Positions 31,906 through 41,912 of a stretch of 64,000 nucleotides of DNA are shown piece after piece. Numbering within the stretch: position 1 is the stretch's first letter; every line of letters starts with the position of its first letter. This DNA is from a virus (lineage: Duplodnaviria; Caudoviricetes). The translations under genes were made by a program, and so were the position numbers. The DNA lies in IMG/VR virus record IMGVR_UViG_3300021255_002539, positions 192,001 to 256,000 of that record. The stretch is one strand, 5' to 3'. The notes under the pieces are model-generated. The model did no database searches, was not told where the DNA came from, and saw nothing but the letters and a program-made list of their open reading frames with translations.

Positions 31906-33354
31906 ATGATATACATGGGAAACACGCGAGTTGGGTTCAACGCATTGACCAGTCTTCCAGCAAACCCACCACCATCAGAGAACCTGGTGAAGTTCAGGGA
32001 CTATGATGGAACTGTTCTGTATGCATATACACCAGCGAAGATTGCCAGCATGGAGTATCTGCCACCACTTCCATCGAGACCTGGCTTGACTTGCCAAGGG
32101 TGGAACTGGACATTGCAGCAGCTAAAGACCTATGTTGCTGCATATGGAAGATGTGAAGTTGGCGCGACCTACACAACTGACGACGGCAAGACCAGGATAA
32201 AGCTTACGATACAGGATCCGAAGTACACGACCATTCCAATTGTGTTCCAACAAACCGTGGCAAATGGCGTGAAAGTGAATTGGGGCGATGGATCTGCTGA
32301 CCAGACATATGGCGGCACTTCGCAACAGACCATAAGCCACACATATGCGCCATCCGCATATCCTGCCACATATACCATAACATTCCAGGTTACAAGCGGC
32401 ACGATGTCGTTCCCAACCTACATAATGGGGATTGACTCCAGATCTTTCCCGAACATGATTGACGAAGTGAACATTGGCAATGGTGTGACGAGTATTGGGT
32501 ATTATGCATTCTAGTTTTGCCAGTCCCTTATTTCTATAACTATACCTAGTTCAGTGACTAGTATTTTGGGGTATGCGTTCAATAATTGCTATTCCCTTAC
32601 TTCTGTTACGATACCTAGTTCAGTTACCAGCATAGGGACTTATGTGTTCACTCTTTGTCGTTCCCTTGCTTCTATAACCATACCAAGTTCAGTTACCACA
32701 ATTGGGACTTATGCATTAGCTAATTGCGCTTCCCTTACTTCTGTTACGATACCTAGTTCGGTTACCAGTATTGGAAATAATGCGTTCTATTGCTGCTATT
32801 CCCTTGCTTCTGTTACGATACCTAGTTCAGTAACTAGCATTGGTTAGTATGCGTTCAATTATTGTTATGCCCTTGCTTCTATAACCATACCAAGTTCAGT
32901 AACTAACATTGGTTAGTCTGCGTTCAATTAGTGCTATTCACTTGCTTCCATAATCATACCTAATTCAGTCACCAGCATTGGTTAGTCTACATTTAATTAG
33001 TGCCATTCCCTTGCTTCTATAACCATACCAAATTCAGTTAGTAGTGTTTAGTCTTATACATTCATTTAGTGCTATTCCCTTGCTTCTATAACTATACCAA
33101 GTTCAATCACTAGTATTGGAACTCAGGCATTTTACTAGTGTGGTGGCCTCAAGACATTTGACTTCAGGAGAAGCACATCCGTACCAACACTTGCCAATGT
33201 AAACGCATTCTAGTACACACCATCAGTGAAGGAAATTGTCGTTCCAGACTCCCTATACGACACCTGGATTACAGCAACCAATTGGAACTCGTCCACGAAC
33301 CAAATCAAGGAAAGCATCGTAAAGGCGTCAGAATCGTCGCTTGGACCACTATAA
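31906..33354 (+). CDS. PKD-like + BspA-type LRR protein, probable receptor-binding/adhesin (482 aa, 10 in-frame TAG)
   Basis: VNWGDGS PKD-like motif, then about ten 23-aa repeats IPSSVTSIGxxAFxxCxSLxSxT and a C-terminal IVVPDSLYDTWITATNW cap. Frame is open to TAA 33352 if TAG is sense. Confidence 0.85.
32482..33160 (+). repeat. 69-bp tandem coding repeats (LRR array), AT-rich
   Basis: Recurrent ATACC(T/A)AGTTCAGT..TCCCTT(G/A)CTTCT units. Confidence 0.85.
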
Positions 33355-33379
33355 TTAAACAATGGAGGATTTGACACAA

Positions 33380-33814
33380 ATGGCAGTAATATACGAAGAA
33401 CAAGAAGATGGATTGGTCAAGGCCTATTCTGACCAACACAAGAAGATATTCGGTGGATTCCCAGAGGCCGAATACGATGTCGTCTACGACCCAAAGGACG
33501 CACACAGAACCTACGTGGAGACAGACCATTGGATTGACAGCATCCCAAAGCCAACTTGCAGAACATTCTCCAGGTTGTACATAGAGATGGCAGTCGCCAA
33601 ATTGGGGCTGATAGACCAGTTCGACGCCTTGCTCAACAACATCGAGCTGGCGCCAGGATACACAGCGCATAGGGCGTTCGAGAGGGCCAACGACATCAGC
33701 GAGGACTTCCCTGGGTTTTGGGGATATGTGGAGCAACTGAGGCAGGCCCTTGGGTTGACGATGGAGCAAGTAAACGCGATATTGAACGAATCTGAAATGC
33801 AGAACGAGAGGTGA
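33380..33814 (+). CDS. Tail-fibre-associated (assembly/chaperone-like) hypothetical protein
   Basis: GGAGG RBS. Lies between fibre genes. RTFSRLYIE motif resembles RRFSKLRLVE of the 36478 protein. Confidence 0.6.
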   Translation: MAVIYEEQEDGLVKAYSDQHKKIFGGFPEAEYDVVYDPKDAHRTYVETDHWIDSIPKPTCRTFSRLYIEMAVAKLGLIDQFDALLNNIELAPGYTAHRAFERANDISEDFPGFWGYVEQLRQALGLTMEQVNAILNESEMQNER

Positions 33815-33821
33815 TTTGAAC

Positions 33822-36455
33822 ATGGCGAACACAGAAACAAAGGTTGATTTGGTCATAAACAGGATGTCACAGTCCAAGTACGAGCAGTTGAAGTCTGCCG
33901 GGCAATTGGATCCAAACCAAATCTACATGACCACGGATGGAACTGACCCTGTGCCTGAAACCAGAAAGGTGAATGGCCAGACATTGGAGGCAGATGTGAC
34001 CTTGACTGGTGCTGACATAGCAGTATCGACATCAGATTCAACGAAGATCAACACGGCATTGGCAGGAAAGGCCGCAACCAACCACACGCACTCAAACTAT
34101 GTTCCAACGAGCAGGACGGTGAACAACAAGGCGTTGTCGGGGAATGTGACGCTCACTGGAGCCGACATCGCGGTTTCGACATCTGATTCGACGAAGATAG
34201 ACGCAGCTCTCGCAGGGAAGATGTCAGCGACGGCTACTGGCTCGGCCATCAATATCAACAATGATCCGTTAGCCCCTAGTATAGATACTGCATTCCAGTT
34301 ATTGAACCAGAACAAGCAGGATGCTCTCACCTCGCAACAACTCGCCAACATCGCAGCGGTGCCAAACAAGCTCGACAAGAGTGGTGGTACGATGACTGGG
34401 ACTTTGCAAGTCGGCGACAACGCGGCGGAAAACATCATACTAAACCCTAGCGACGCAACCATTACAACAGAATTCATCAAGAATAATTATAGCAATGATA
34501 GGTGCTTTGTTCCGAACGGTCCCGGCACCCTCGCTCTGGCTGCAGCCACGGGGCACGCGGGTGAAATAGCCACACTGGACGCAAATGGCAATCCTGTTGC
34601 ATCTGGCTATGATACATCTGACTTCCTCACCTCTGTCCCAACTTCCTACAAGACCTATGTTGACACCTTGACGCAACTCGGTACGGATGGCTTCAAGACC
34701 TACTCTGCGACAAAGACCCAATTGGTTACTGATGGATTCAAGACTTATGCCGACACAAAGACAGCTCTGGATTCCATCTACAAGCCACTTCAGACGGCAA
34801 AGACAAGCCCAACTGCTTCTGGCAATACCACATCGTTCATAGACACGATAACCCAAGACGCTAATGGTGTTATAACAGCCACAAAGAAGACAATACCATC
34901 GGCATCGACTTCGGCAGCTGGAATTGTACAGCTCAACAACACCTTGACAAGCACATCCACAACTCAAGCAGCTACAGCCAATGCAGTAAAGACCGCATAT
35001 GATGAGTGCTTGAAGAAGGATGTTAATGGTCAGACCATGAATGGTGTCAAATCATTGAACTTCAAATCCAACTTGGCATTTCCAGATGACAGTTACACGA
35101 CAGACACTTTGATAAATGCCTTGTACTTCTATGATTCGACAGGATACAATTTGGCAAATCTAAACACTAGACAAACAAAAGCTGGCGGCGCAATGCTGTC
35201 GCTCTCAATGGCAGCTCCATTTGGAGACAATGAAGCTAACATTACATCCTATCTGAGACTCTATATCAACAAAGCTGGTAAATATGCCTATGCTACTGTT
35301 CCAACACCTCCAAGCAATTCAAATGCTGATGTTGTTGCCACGACAGAATGGGTGAACGATAAATTGTCGGGATACAAGCCAACTCAAACGGCCAAGTCCA
35401 GTCCAACAGCATCTGGCAGCACGACATCCTTCATAGACACCATAACACAAGACGCAAATGGCGTTATAACGGCCACCAAGAAGAATGTGAGCTTCTCTGG
35501 ATACAAGACCACTCAAACCGCAGTAAGTGATCCTACGGCGTCTGGTACGGCGACATCCTTTATCGACACGATTTCTCAAAACGCAAATGGGGTGATAACA
35601 GCAACAAAGAAAAGCCTCCCGACGGCATCGACATCCACCGCCGGAATTGTTCAGCTCAACAACGGCAGAACCAGCACTTCAACCACAGTCGCCCCAACAG
35701 CAAATGCGTTGAAGTCGGCATATGACAACTGCATACACACATCCGGAACCAACCAAGTCATAAATGACTGCACGACATTCAGATTCGATGGTACAGCAGA
35801 TTGGACGGTTGGGGATAGTGCTGCACATACAATCAACAACATAGAATTGCGCGACGTAAATGACTATCTTGCTGGGTATTTGCAAACCCAAAGGACAGCC
35901 TCCAACAACTATGTGACGAACCTGGTATGCCGTGCTCCAACAGGGACAAGTGGTGCAGCATCTTCAGCAGCAATAACAATATATATTACGACATCCAATG
36001 GGAAATATGTTGGATTCCCGACTCCAGCCGCGACTTCCAATGGTGCAATTGGTGCCACTACTGAATGGGTGAATTCAAGAATAGACGAATCGTGGAAAAG
36101 GGTAACCGTTGGAAGTTCAGGAGTTTTGGAGAACCACGCAATCAATGTGTTGACGCTGACTGGGACCCACAAGTTGTATCCACCAGCCAGCTTGGCTAAC
36201 TCAGGAAACAGACACTTCTATCTACTGGCGATAAACACAAGTAATCAAGCCAGATCGCTCAAGTTCTTCAGATATGCGTCAGGCGGCGCGGCTAACACCA
36301 TAACATACTACATGGATGATGGGTATACGCCAGTAACAAATATACCAAAGACATCATACTTCTTCTATGAGTTCTATGAAACATCCACCAACATGTTCTA
36401 TGTAAAACAAACACAGATAGAAGATCAGTCATCCGTGATTGGTACAAATTCGTGA
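33822..36455 (+). CDS. Long tail-fibre protein (877 aa)
   Basis: Thr/Ser/Ala-rich. VNG..DVTLTGADIA x2, QTAxSxPTASG..SFIDTIxQxANGVITATKK x3, ASTS..GIVQLNN fibre repeats x2, KLDKSGGTMTG, ATTEWV motifs. Confidence 0.85.
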   Translation: MANTETKVDLVINRMSQSKYEQLKSAGQLDPNQIYMTTDGTDPVPETRKVNGQTLEADVTLTGADIAVSTSDSTKINTALAGKAATNHTHSNYVPTSRTVNNKALSGNVTLTGADIAVSTSDSTKIDAALAGKMSATATGSAININNDPLAPSIDTAFQLLNQNKQDALTSQQLANIAAVPNKLDKSGGTMTGTLQVGDNAAENIILNPSDATITTEFIKNNYSNDRCFVPNGPGTLALAAATGHAGEIATLDANGNPVASGYDTSDFLTSVPTSYKTYVDTLTQLGTDGFKTYSATKTQLVTDGFKTYADTKTALDSIYKPLQTAKTSPTASGNTTSFIDTITQDANGVITATKKTIPSASTSAAGIVQLNNTLTSTSTTQAATANAVKTAYDECLKKDVNGQTMNGVKSLNFKSNLAFPDDSYTTDTLINALYFYDSTGYNLANLNTRQTKAGGAMLSLSMAAPFGDNEANITSYLRLYINKAGKYAYATVPTPPSNSNADVVATTEWVNDKLSGYKPTQTAKSSPTASGSTTSFIDTITQDANGVITATKKNVSFSGYKTTQTAVSDPTASGTATSFIDTISQNANGVITATKKSLPTASTSTAGIVQLNNGRTSTSTTVAPTANALKSAYDNCIHTSGTNQVINDCTTFRFDGTADWTVGDSAAHTINNIELRDVNDYLAGYLQTQRTASNNYVTNLVCRAPTGTSGAASSAAITIYITTSNGKYVGFPTPAATSNGAIGATTEWVNSRIDESWKRVTVGSSGVLENHAINVLTLTGTHKLYPPASLANSGNRHFYLLAINTSNQARSLKFFRYASGGAANTITYYMDDGYTPVTNIPKTSYFFYEFYETSTNMFYVKQTQIEDQSSVIGTNS

Positions 36456-36477
36456 ATTTGATTGGAGATACAAAACT

Positions 36478-37041
36478 ATGGATATGAACAAAACAACAAG
36501 GGAATTCGGGAAAAGACTTGAAAACGGCGACATCCAGTATGCCCCAACTGAATTTGATGATGGGCATGGTGGCGTTGTGGTTCCTGAGCCAGAGGACGAC
36601 GAAGCCTACTATTCCAGGGGTTGGTTGAAGGTTGTTGACATTCAGCCAAATGTGCCAGGAACACAGATAGCAGTATTGACAGATTGGGTTGAGGATCTGG
36701 AGAAGAAGACAATCACTGCCCAGTACACGATAGAGGACATGCCCCAGCCAAAGGAGCAAATCCAGGTCCGCAGGTTCAGCAAGTTGCGCCTCGTCGAGTT
36801 CTGCATGGAGCGGGGTGTATGGCAGGAGTTGAAGTCCTTCATCGAGCAACTGGGCTACTACGATCTGTTCGTGATGGCGCAAGTGTTCCTGGAGAACGAC
36901 AAGTTCTTCATGGGTGGATTGACCGCCTACAAGCAGATGAAGATTGAGGGTGGGGCCGATCCCGAGCAGATCCAAGCAACCATAGACGCAGGATTGGACT
37001 ACGCATTCGACGCATACGAAACGGTGGATGTTGAGGACTGA
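36478..37041 (+). CDS. Tail-fibre-associated hypothetical protein
   Basis: GGAG RBS. Follows the fibre gene and is weakly similar to the 33380 protein. Confidence 0.6.
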   Translation: MDMNKTTREFGKRLENGDIQYAPTEFDDGHGGVVVPEPEDDEAYYSRGWLKVVDIQPNVPGTQIAVLTDWVEDLEKKTITAQYTIEDMPQPKEQIQVRRFSKLRLVEFCMERGVWQELKSFIEQLGYYDLFVMAQVFLENDKFFMGGLTAYKQMKIEGGADPEQIQATIDAGLDYAFDAYETVDVED

Positions 37042-37064
37042 CCAAGGTAAATATACATATATAC

Positions 37065-37349
37065 ATGGCAAGCACTACACCAAAGAACATATCAGGCAAG
37101 TTGAAGAACAGCAGAGTGCAGGTGGACAACTTCATCTACACGCAGTTGCTCTCCAACAGAAGGTCGTTCTATGTCTACTGTGGCAAGTCCAAGAAGCGCA
37201 TATACCAAGGCTCATGCTCCAAGGAGATCAAGAACATCTACTTCGATGGCACTTGCGTGGTGTGCATCTGCGACAACAAGACCTACATATTCGGACCCCA
37301 GGACATGAGGTATCCCCTCAAGAACTGGCGGCAAATCAGGGAGTTCTGA
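37065..37349 (+). CDS. Small basic hypothetical protein
   Basis: ORF just downstream of GTAAATA (37047). Confidence 0.6.
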   Translation: MASTTPKNISGKLKNSRVQVDNFIYTQLLSNRRSFYVYCGKSKKRIYQGSCSKEIKNIYFDGTCVVCICDNKTYIFGPQDMRYPLKNWRQIREF

Positions 37350-37352
37350 AAC

Positions 37353-38234
37353 ATGAAGGCGACGATAACCAAGATTGACAACAATGGCACTGAGGTTGTG
37401 TGGGAGGGCGAAGTCTCATCCCCAGAGGAGGCGTTTGACATCTACACTGACGCCATAATGGACAGGAGGGCAGACGACCACTACCTTTGGGATGACTACA
37501 ACAGAATACTGGAAGGGCACAACAAGTTGTACAGAGACAAGCGCATAGGGTTGTTGAAGAAGAATGGGAAGATATACGAGACCTTCCTCAGAGGCCAGTA
37601 CAGCCTGGAACTTGAGATATTCGACGACGATGATGAGGATGACGAGGAGAATTGGTTTGTCGCCGAGAGTTTGGATCCCAAGTACGACGACCAGCCAGAG
37701 AACCAATATGGCGAGAAGTGGTAGATTCTGAGGGGGACATACCTCAACTCCGTACTTGAGTCCATAATGCAGGACATTCAGATTGACCCAACAGAAGATG
37801 GTCCCAAGATGGAAAGACTCTCCCTTGGGGGACTCCACATTTGCGAGGATGGGCATCTCATAGCCGAGATATATGGTGGGGCGAATGGTGGTGGATTCCG
37901 TGGGGTGGAAAGCAACTGGCCCTACTACCTGTCCCTGGTCCGCAAGTTCTTGGGCAAGCTTCTGAACTACGACAATGGGAATATGTTCAAGGATGTCTGG
38001 CTGGTGGATTGGGACAACGACTGCTGCGACGATGTATGGACATTGACATTGGGAATAGAATTGTCGGACCAGGAAAAGCTGCAACTCGCTGAAGATGGAA
38101 AGATGTTCTCAGTAGTTGATCCCACCAAGTTGGATGTTGGTCTGGATGCGGCCGTGGCCGTTGTGTCAAATGAACCAATTGATGTCGCCAATGCGGCAGC
38201 AGCAGTAGCAGCAGAATCCAGGAAGCGAAAATAA
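37353..38234 (+). CDS. Acidic two-module hypothetical protein (293 aa, 1 in-frame TAG)
   Basis: ORFs 37353-37724 and 37767-38234 are in frame across TAG 37722. Confidence 0.7.
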
Positions 38235-38410
38235 CCAACTTGTTCAGATTTGCGTAACTCAGATTTGAACAACTTGAAAACTCTGTTCAGCTTTTTTTCG
38301 TATAATTGTAAATAGACAATGGCAAGGGAAAGTCAGGAAGGTTTCCGGCGACTACCGAGCCAAATGGTTGATTGCGAAAACAACAACCAAAAAACAGGAG
38401 GAACAGAAAT

Positions 38411-38905
38411 ATGTTCGAGATAATGAACCCACTGGCCACATGGGACGATATGTGGCAAAACATGCTTGCCTTGACGGAGTATCCGTTCAACAATGGCAAG
38501 AACCTGATGAACACAGGGCTACGTAAACTGATTGGTCGGCCCCACAATTTGGTGAATGTCACCGACAAGGACGGCAACATCATCGAGCAAAGGCTGGAGG
38601 TTGTCACGACGCCATTCAAGAAGGAGGATGTGGATGTCCAGGTTTCTGGCAACACATTGACCGTAAAGTGTGGCTCCGAACAAGAAGAACTCCAGGAAGC
38701 ACCCGAAGATGGGAAGGATAAGCCTGTTGAGAAGTACCTGTACAAGGGCATTTCCGAGCAGTACTACACCTTCTCCCTCAAGTTGTCGGACAAGATTGAC
38801 AAGACCGCAATCAAGGCAAAGAACCAAGATGGCGTCTTGACAATCACCCTTCCATACAAGAAGGAGACCAAGTCTGGCGACATCGCCAAGATAACTGTGG
38901 AGTAA
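38411..38905 (+). CDS. Small heat-shock protein (Hsp20/alpha-crystallin)
   Basis: FKKEDVDVQVSGNTLTV..YLYKGIS..AKNQDGVLTITLP. AGGAGG RBS. Confidence 0.88.
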   Translation: MFEIMNPLATWDDMWQNMLALTEYPFNNGKNLMNTGLRKLIGRPHNLVNVTDKDGNIIEQRLEVVTTPFKKEDVDVQVSGNTLTVKCGSEQEELQEAPEDGKDKPVEKYLYKGISEQYYTFSLKLSDKIDKTAIKAKNQDGVLTITLPYKKETKSGDIAKITVE

Positions 38906-38931
38906 TGGAAGAACCACAGAGACAAGCAGTA

Positions 38932-38971
38932 ATCGGGGTGGGTTTACGGACCCACCCCGATGTCGTATAAT
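38932..38971 (+). promoter_or_regulatory. Hairpin ATCGGGGTGGGT..ACCCACCCCGAT overlapping a TTTACG-N17-TATAAT promoter for DNA polymerase
   Basis: 12-bp inverted repeat. -35-like TTTACG at 38943-38948 and TATAAT at 38966-38971. Confidence 0.7.
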
Positions 38972-38992
38972 ATAGAAAGGGAAGTTTTAACT

Positions 38993-41863
38993 ATGGTAAA
39001 CATTGACTACACTTTGAGATACGATGTCGAGAAGATTCGCTCTATAATAGAACCAAACGATGGCTACTGCTGGGTATACTACGATCCACTGGGGATGGAC
39101 AGGAAATTGGACGAGAATGGCAGAATCGTATTGAAGTGCTATGAACGCGGTACCCACAAACCCATAGTGGTTGAGGTCAAGGACTTCCCATCAACGCTTT
39201 GGCATCGGACATCCAAGTCAGACGAGATTGCGAAGGCAACAGGCGTAGTGGACGCATATGGGCATCCTGTCGTCCAGGAGACCTTCTTCAACGCAGCAGC
39301 CAGGAAGAAGTGGATTTACGCATGGAAGAAGAGGGAGGACTATTGCGACAACCAAATCGTCGAGTGCTACGAGCCATGCGACGAGTTCATGCAGAGCATA
39401 TTCTGGCACGAGGCGCAGGAGGAGACCTTCAACAAGGGGGTTCAAAGGACATTCTTCCTGGATATCGAGACAGAGGTTTCCGAGACCTCCCTCATGCCAT
39501 GGAAGGCTGTTGACAAGATGCTCATGATAACGGTTCTGGACTCCAAGGACTGGAAGTTCCACACATGGTCTCTGAAGCCCTGTGCAAAGTTGTCTGACAA
39601 CCACGAGGTATACGACTTCAACGACGACGAGGCTGCGATGCTCAAGCACTTCCTCAAGTTCTGGGCAAGCAACTACCCAGATGTCGTGTGTGGATGGAAC
39701 TCGAAGTGGTACGACATGCCCTACATCGTCAGGAGAATCGAGAATGTCCTGGGGAGGAAGTGTGCGCGGTTCCTGTCCCCGATGGAGGACTACAGGATTG
39801 TCCACGAGAAGTCCGATAAGAAGGACGAGAACGGGAAGTGGATTGAGAAGGACGACATCGAGTGGGTGAACATAGCTGGTCTGTTCCAGGCTGACGACCT
39901 CATCCTCTACTCCAAGAAGTTTCAAGTGAAGGCTGCATTGGATGGCGGCTATGGTCTGTCCAATGTAGGTCTTGCAGAGGGATTGGGCGCGAAGGTGGCA
40001 TACGAGACCACGCTCAAGGATCTCTACCTCACTGATTGGCAGAAGTTCTACGAGTACAACGTCCGAGATGTCGACTTGTTGGCTGAGATTGAGAAGAAGT
40101 GCAAGTTGATTCCTCTGGCGAGGACTGTTGCTGGCTTCGGGTTGACGAACTACGACTACATCTACCAATCAGCCCCATACCTGGTGCCAACGATAACGAT
40201 ATTCTGCAGAAAGCATCGAGAGAAGATGGTGTTCAACTCATACGCCAACAACTTCCGCGAGAAGGTGAGGTTCGAGGGCGCATGGGTCGTGCCTCCATCT
40301 GAAGGAAGATATTCATATGGTACTGCGACAATTGACTTCAACTCGCTTTACCCATCGGCAATGCGGATGATGAACCTCTCTGTTGAGACCTATGTTGGGC
40401 GCATAGACGATGGCTACACTGGCGAAGGTGGCTTGGACAACGATTGGATGACCAGGGGTGGCATAGATGGCTACCCAGAGGATTATGTGTTCAAGTTGGT
40501 GATAGACAGGGTTGACATGAAGGATCCAATCTACAAGGAGATTGACGCAAAGACGCTCAAGGTTCTGCTGGGCACGAAGTTGATTATTTGCCCAACGAAC
40601 ATGACACTGTTCTTAAAGCACGAGGTCAAGAGGGGAGTCATCGCAGACTGGGCCGAGGTGTTCTTCAACCGAAGGAAGGCGACAAAGGGCGAGATGTTCA
40701 AGTGCGACCTGGACGCGGACAAGTGCCAGGATCCAGTGGAAAAGGAGAGGCTATTGACCAGAAAGGAAAATCTGCACAATCTCCAATACGCACTCAAGAT
40801 TTGCTTAAATTCGATTTACGGGGCCTTGTCGACGACAGGATGCCCATTTCTACATTCCATTGGACTTGCTCAATCAGTGACAAGGGCAGGGAGATTCTGT
40901 AACTACAATGGAAGATTGTTCTATGGTGAATGGCTTAAGGAGAACTATGGAATAGACGATTCGTATAAAATCACCTGCGGTGGCGACACCGATTCGAATT
41001 TTTTGAACCTTGAAGCAGTAACCAAGGACTTCATCAAGAAGTATGGTTGGGACGAGGACATGAACAACTGGACTGACGAGCAGAAGCTTCAGATGTTCGC
41101 GTATATGCAGAAGTTCACGGACGAATATCTTGTTCCACATGTCCAAGAATTGGTGACAAGGGAATTCCACACATCCAACGCGAAGCCCATGAAGTATGGC
41201 TTGGAATACATGACCAGTGGTGGAATTTTCGAGGGCAAGAAGCACTACATAGTACACAAGATAGTGGACGAGGGGCCAAAGGTCGTGAACAAGTTCAAAT
41301 ATACTGGAATCGAGTTGAAGAAAGCCGTGGTCCCACCTGAAATCAAGAAGTTCATGAAGGACATCTACTTCACCGCAGTACTGGACCCGAAGTTCAATCT
41401 GGAGGCAGCAAGGAAGAAGATGGACGAGGTGTATCAGGAGATCTTGAAGATGAACCCCAACCAACTCGCCAAGTGGCAGGGATATGGAACAGAATCCCAA
41501 ATGGATGGATTCTTGGTGGAGTCAAAGGGTGCCACTGGCATTGGCAAGTGCGCCAACTACTACAACCAGATTGTGAAGAAATTGGGCATGGACAACAAGT
41601 ATGCGTTGATAAATGTCGGGGACAAGGTTCAGACAATCTACATAAAGCCAACGAACAAGTTTGGAATAAACCAAATTGGCTTTCCACCAAAGCAGTGGCC
41701 AGAGGAGTTCAACGACATATTCGAGATTGACTACCCAAAGATGATGGAGAAGGTCGTAATATCCCCATTGAAGGGAATGCTCAAGGCGTTGGGGATGGAC
41801 AGCTTGATGAAGTACGATCCAAGTGTTGTTGCCAATTTGGAATACAGCATCGACGACATTTGA
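38993..41863 (+). CDS. gp43: Family B DNA polymerase, T4 gp43-like (956 aa)
   Basis: Exo motifs DIET, GWNSKWYDMPY, YNVRDV. Polymerase motifs DFNSLYPS, KICLNSIYG, GDTDS, KKHY. No TAG codons. Confidence 0.95.
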   Translation: MVNIDYTLRYDVEKIRSIIEPNDGYCWVYYDPLGMDRKLDENGRIVLKCYERGTHKPIVVEVKDFPSTLWHRTSKSDEIAKATGVVDAYGHPVVQETFFNAAARKKWIYAWKKREDYCDNQIVECYEPCDEFMQSIFWHEAQEETFNKGVQRTFFLDIETEVSETSLMPWKAVDKMLMITVLDSKDWKFHTWSLKPCAKLSDNHEVYDFNDDEAAMLKHFLKFWASNYPDVVCGWNSKWYDMPYIVRRIENVLGRKCARFLSPMEDYRIVHEKSDKKDENGKWIEKDDIEWVNIAGLFQADDLILYSKKFQVKAALDGGYGLSNVGLAEGLGAKVAYETTLKDLYLTDWQKFYEYNVRDVDLLAEIEKKCKLIPLARTVAGFGLTNYDYIYQSAPYLVPTITIFCRKHREKMVFNSYANNFREKVRFEGAWVVPPSEGRYSYGTATIDFNSLYPSAMRMMNLSVETYVGRIDDGYTGEGGLDNDWMTRGGIDGYPEDYVFKLVIDRVDMKDPIYKEIDAKTLKVLLGTKLIICPTNMTLFLKHEVKRGVIADWAEVFFNRRKATKGEMFKCDLDADKCQDPVEKERLLTRKENLHNLQYALKICLNSIYGALSTTGCPFLHSIGLAQSVTRAGRFCNYNGRLFYGEWLKENYGIDDSYKITCGGDTDSNFLNLEAVTKDFIKKYGWDEDMNNWTDEQKLQMFAYMQKFTDEYLVPHVQELVTREFHTSNAKPMKYGLEYMTSGGIFEGKKHYIVHKIVDEGPKVVNKFKYTGIELKKAVVPPEIKKFMKDIYFTAVLDPKFNLEAARKKMDEVYQEILKMNPNQLAKWQGYGTESQMDGFLVESKGATGIGKCANYYNQIVKKLGMDNKYALINVGDKVQTIYIKPTNKFGINQIGFPPKQWPEEFNDIFEIDYPKMMEKVVISPLKGMLKALGMDSLMKYDPSVVANLEYSIDDI

Positions 41864-41912
41864 TGCTGTTTCATGTAAATACTTCTATACAGCCCAAATG
41901 AGGTATAGCAAC

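Noticed and set aside
32482-33160. CRISPR array (also considered for 57268-57335 and 63040-63480)
   Set aside because: The units are multiples of 3, degenerate at synonymous sites and encode protein repeats. There is no constant-repeat/unique-spacer pattern.
31906-33354. Diversity-generating retroelement targeting the LRR array
   Set aside because: No reverse transcriptase or separate template repeat is seen in this window, and TAG cannot arise from AAY by A-only mutagenesis. A DGR elsewhere in the genome is not excluded.
38993-41863. Intein/intron in, or inactivation of, the DNA polymerase (GGDTDS instead of YGDTDS)
   Set aside because: Length and motif spacing are normal. T4-type polymerases vary at that residue and the catalytic DTDS is intact.
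3661-41912. Upstream-extended starts in the ORF track (3661, 3736, 11398, 12540, 19450, 28821, 38372, 38960, 41823)
   Set aside because: They overlap promoters or neighbouring genes. Downstream ATGs with an RBS or promoter at proper spacing were preferred.
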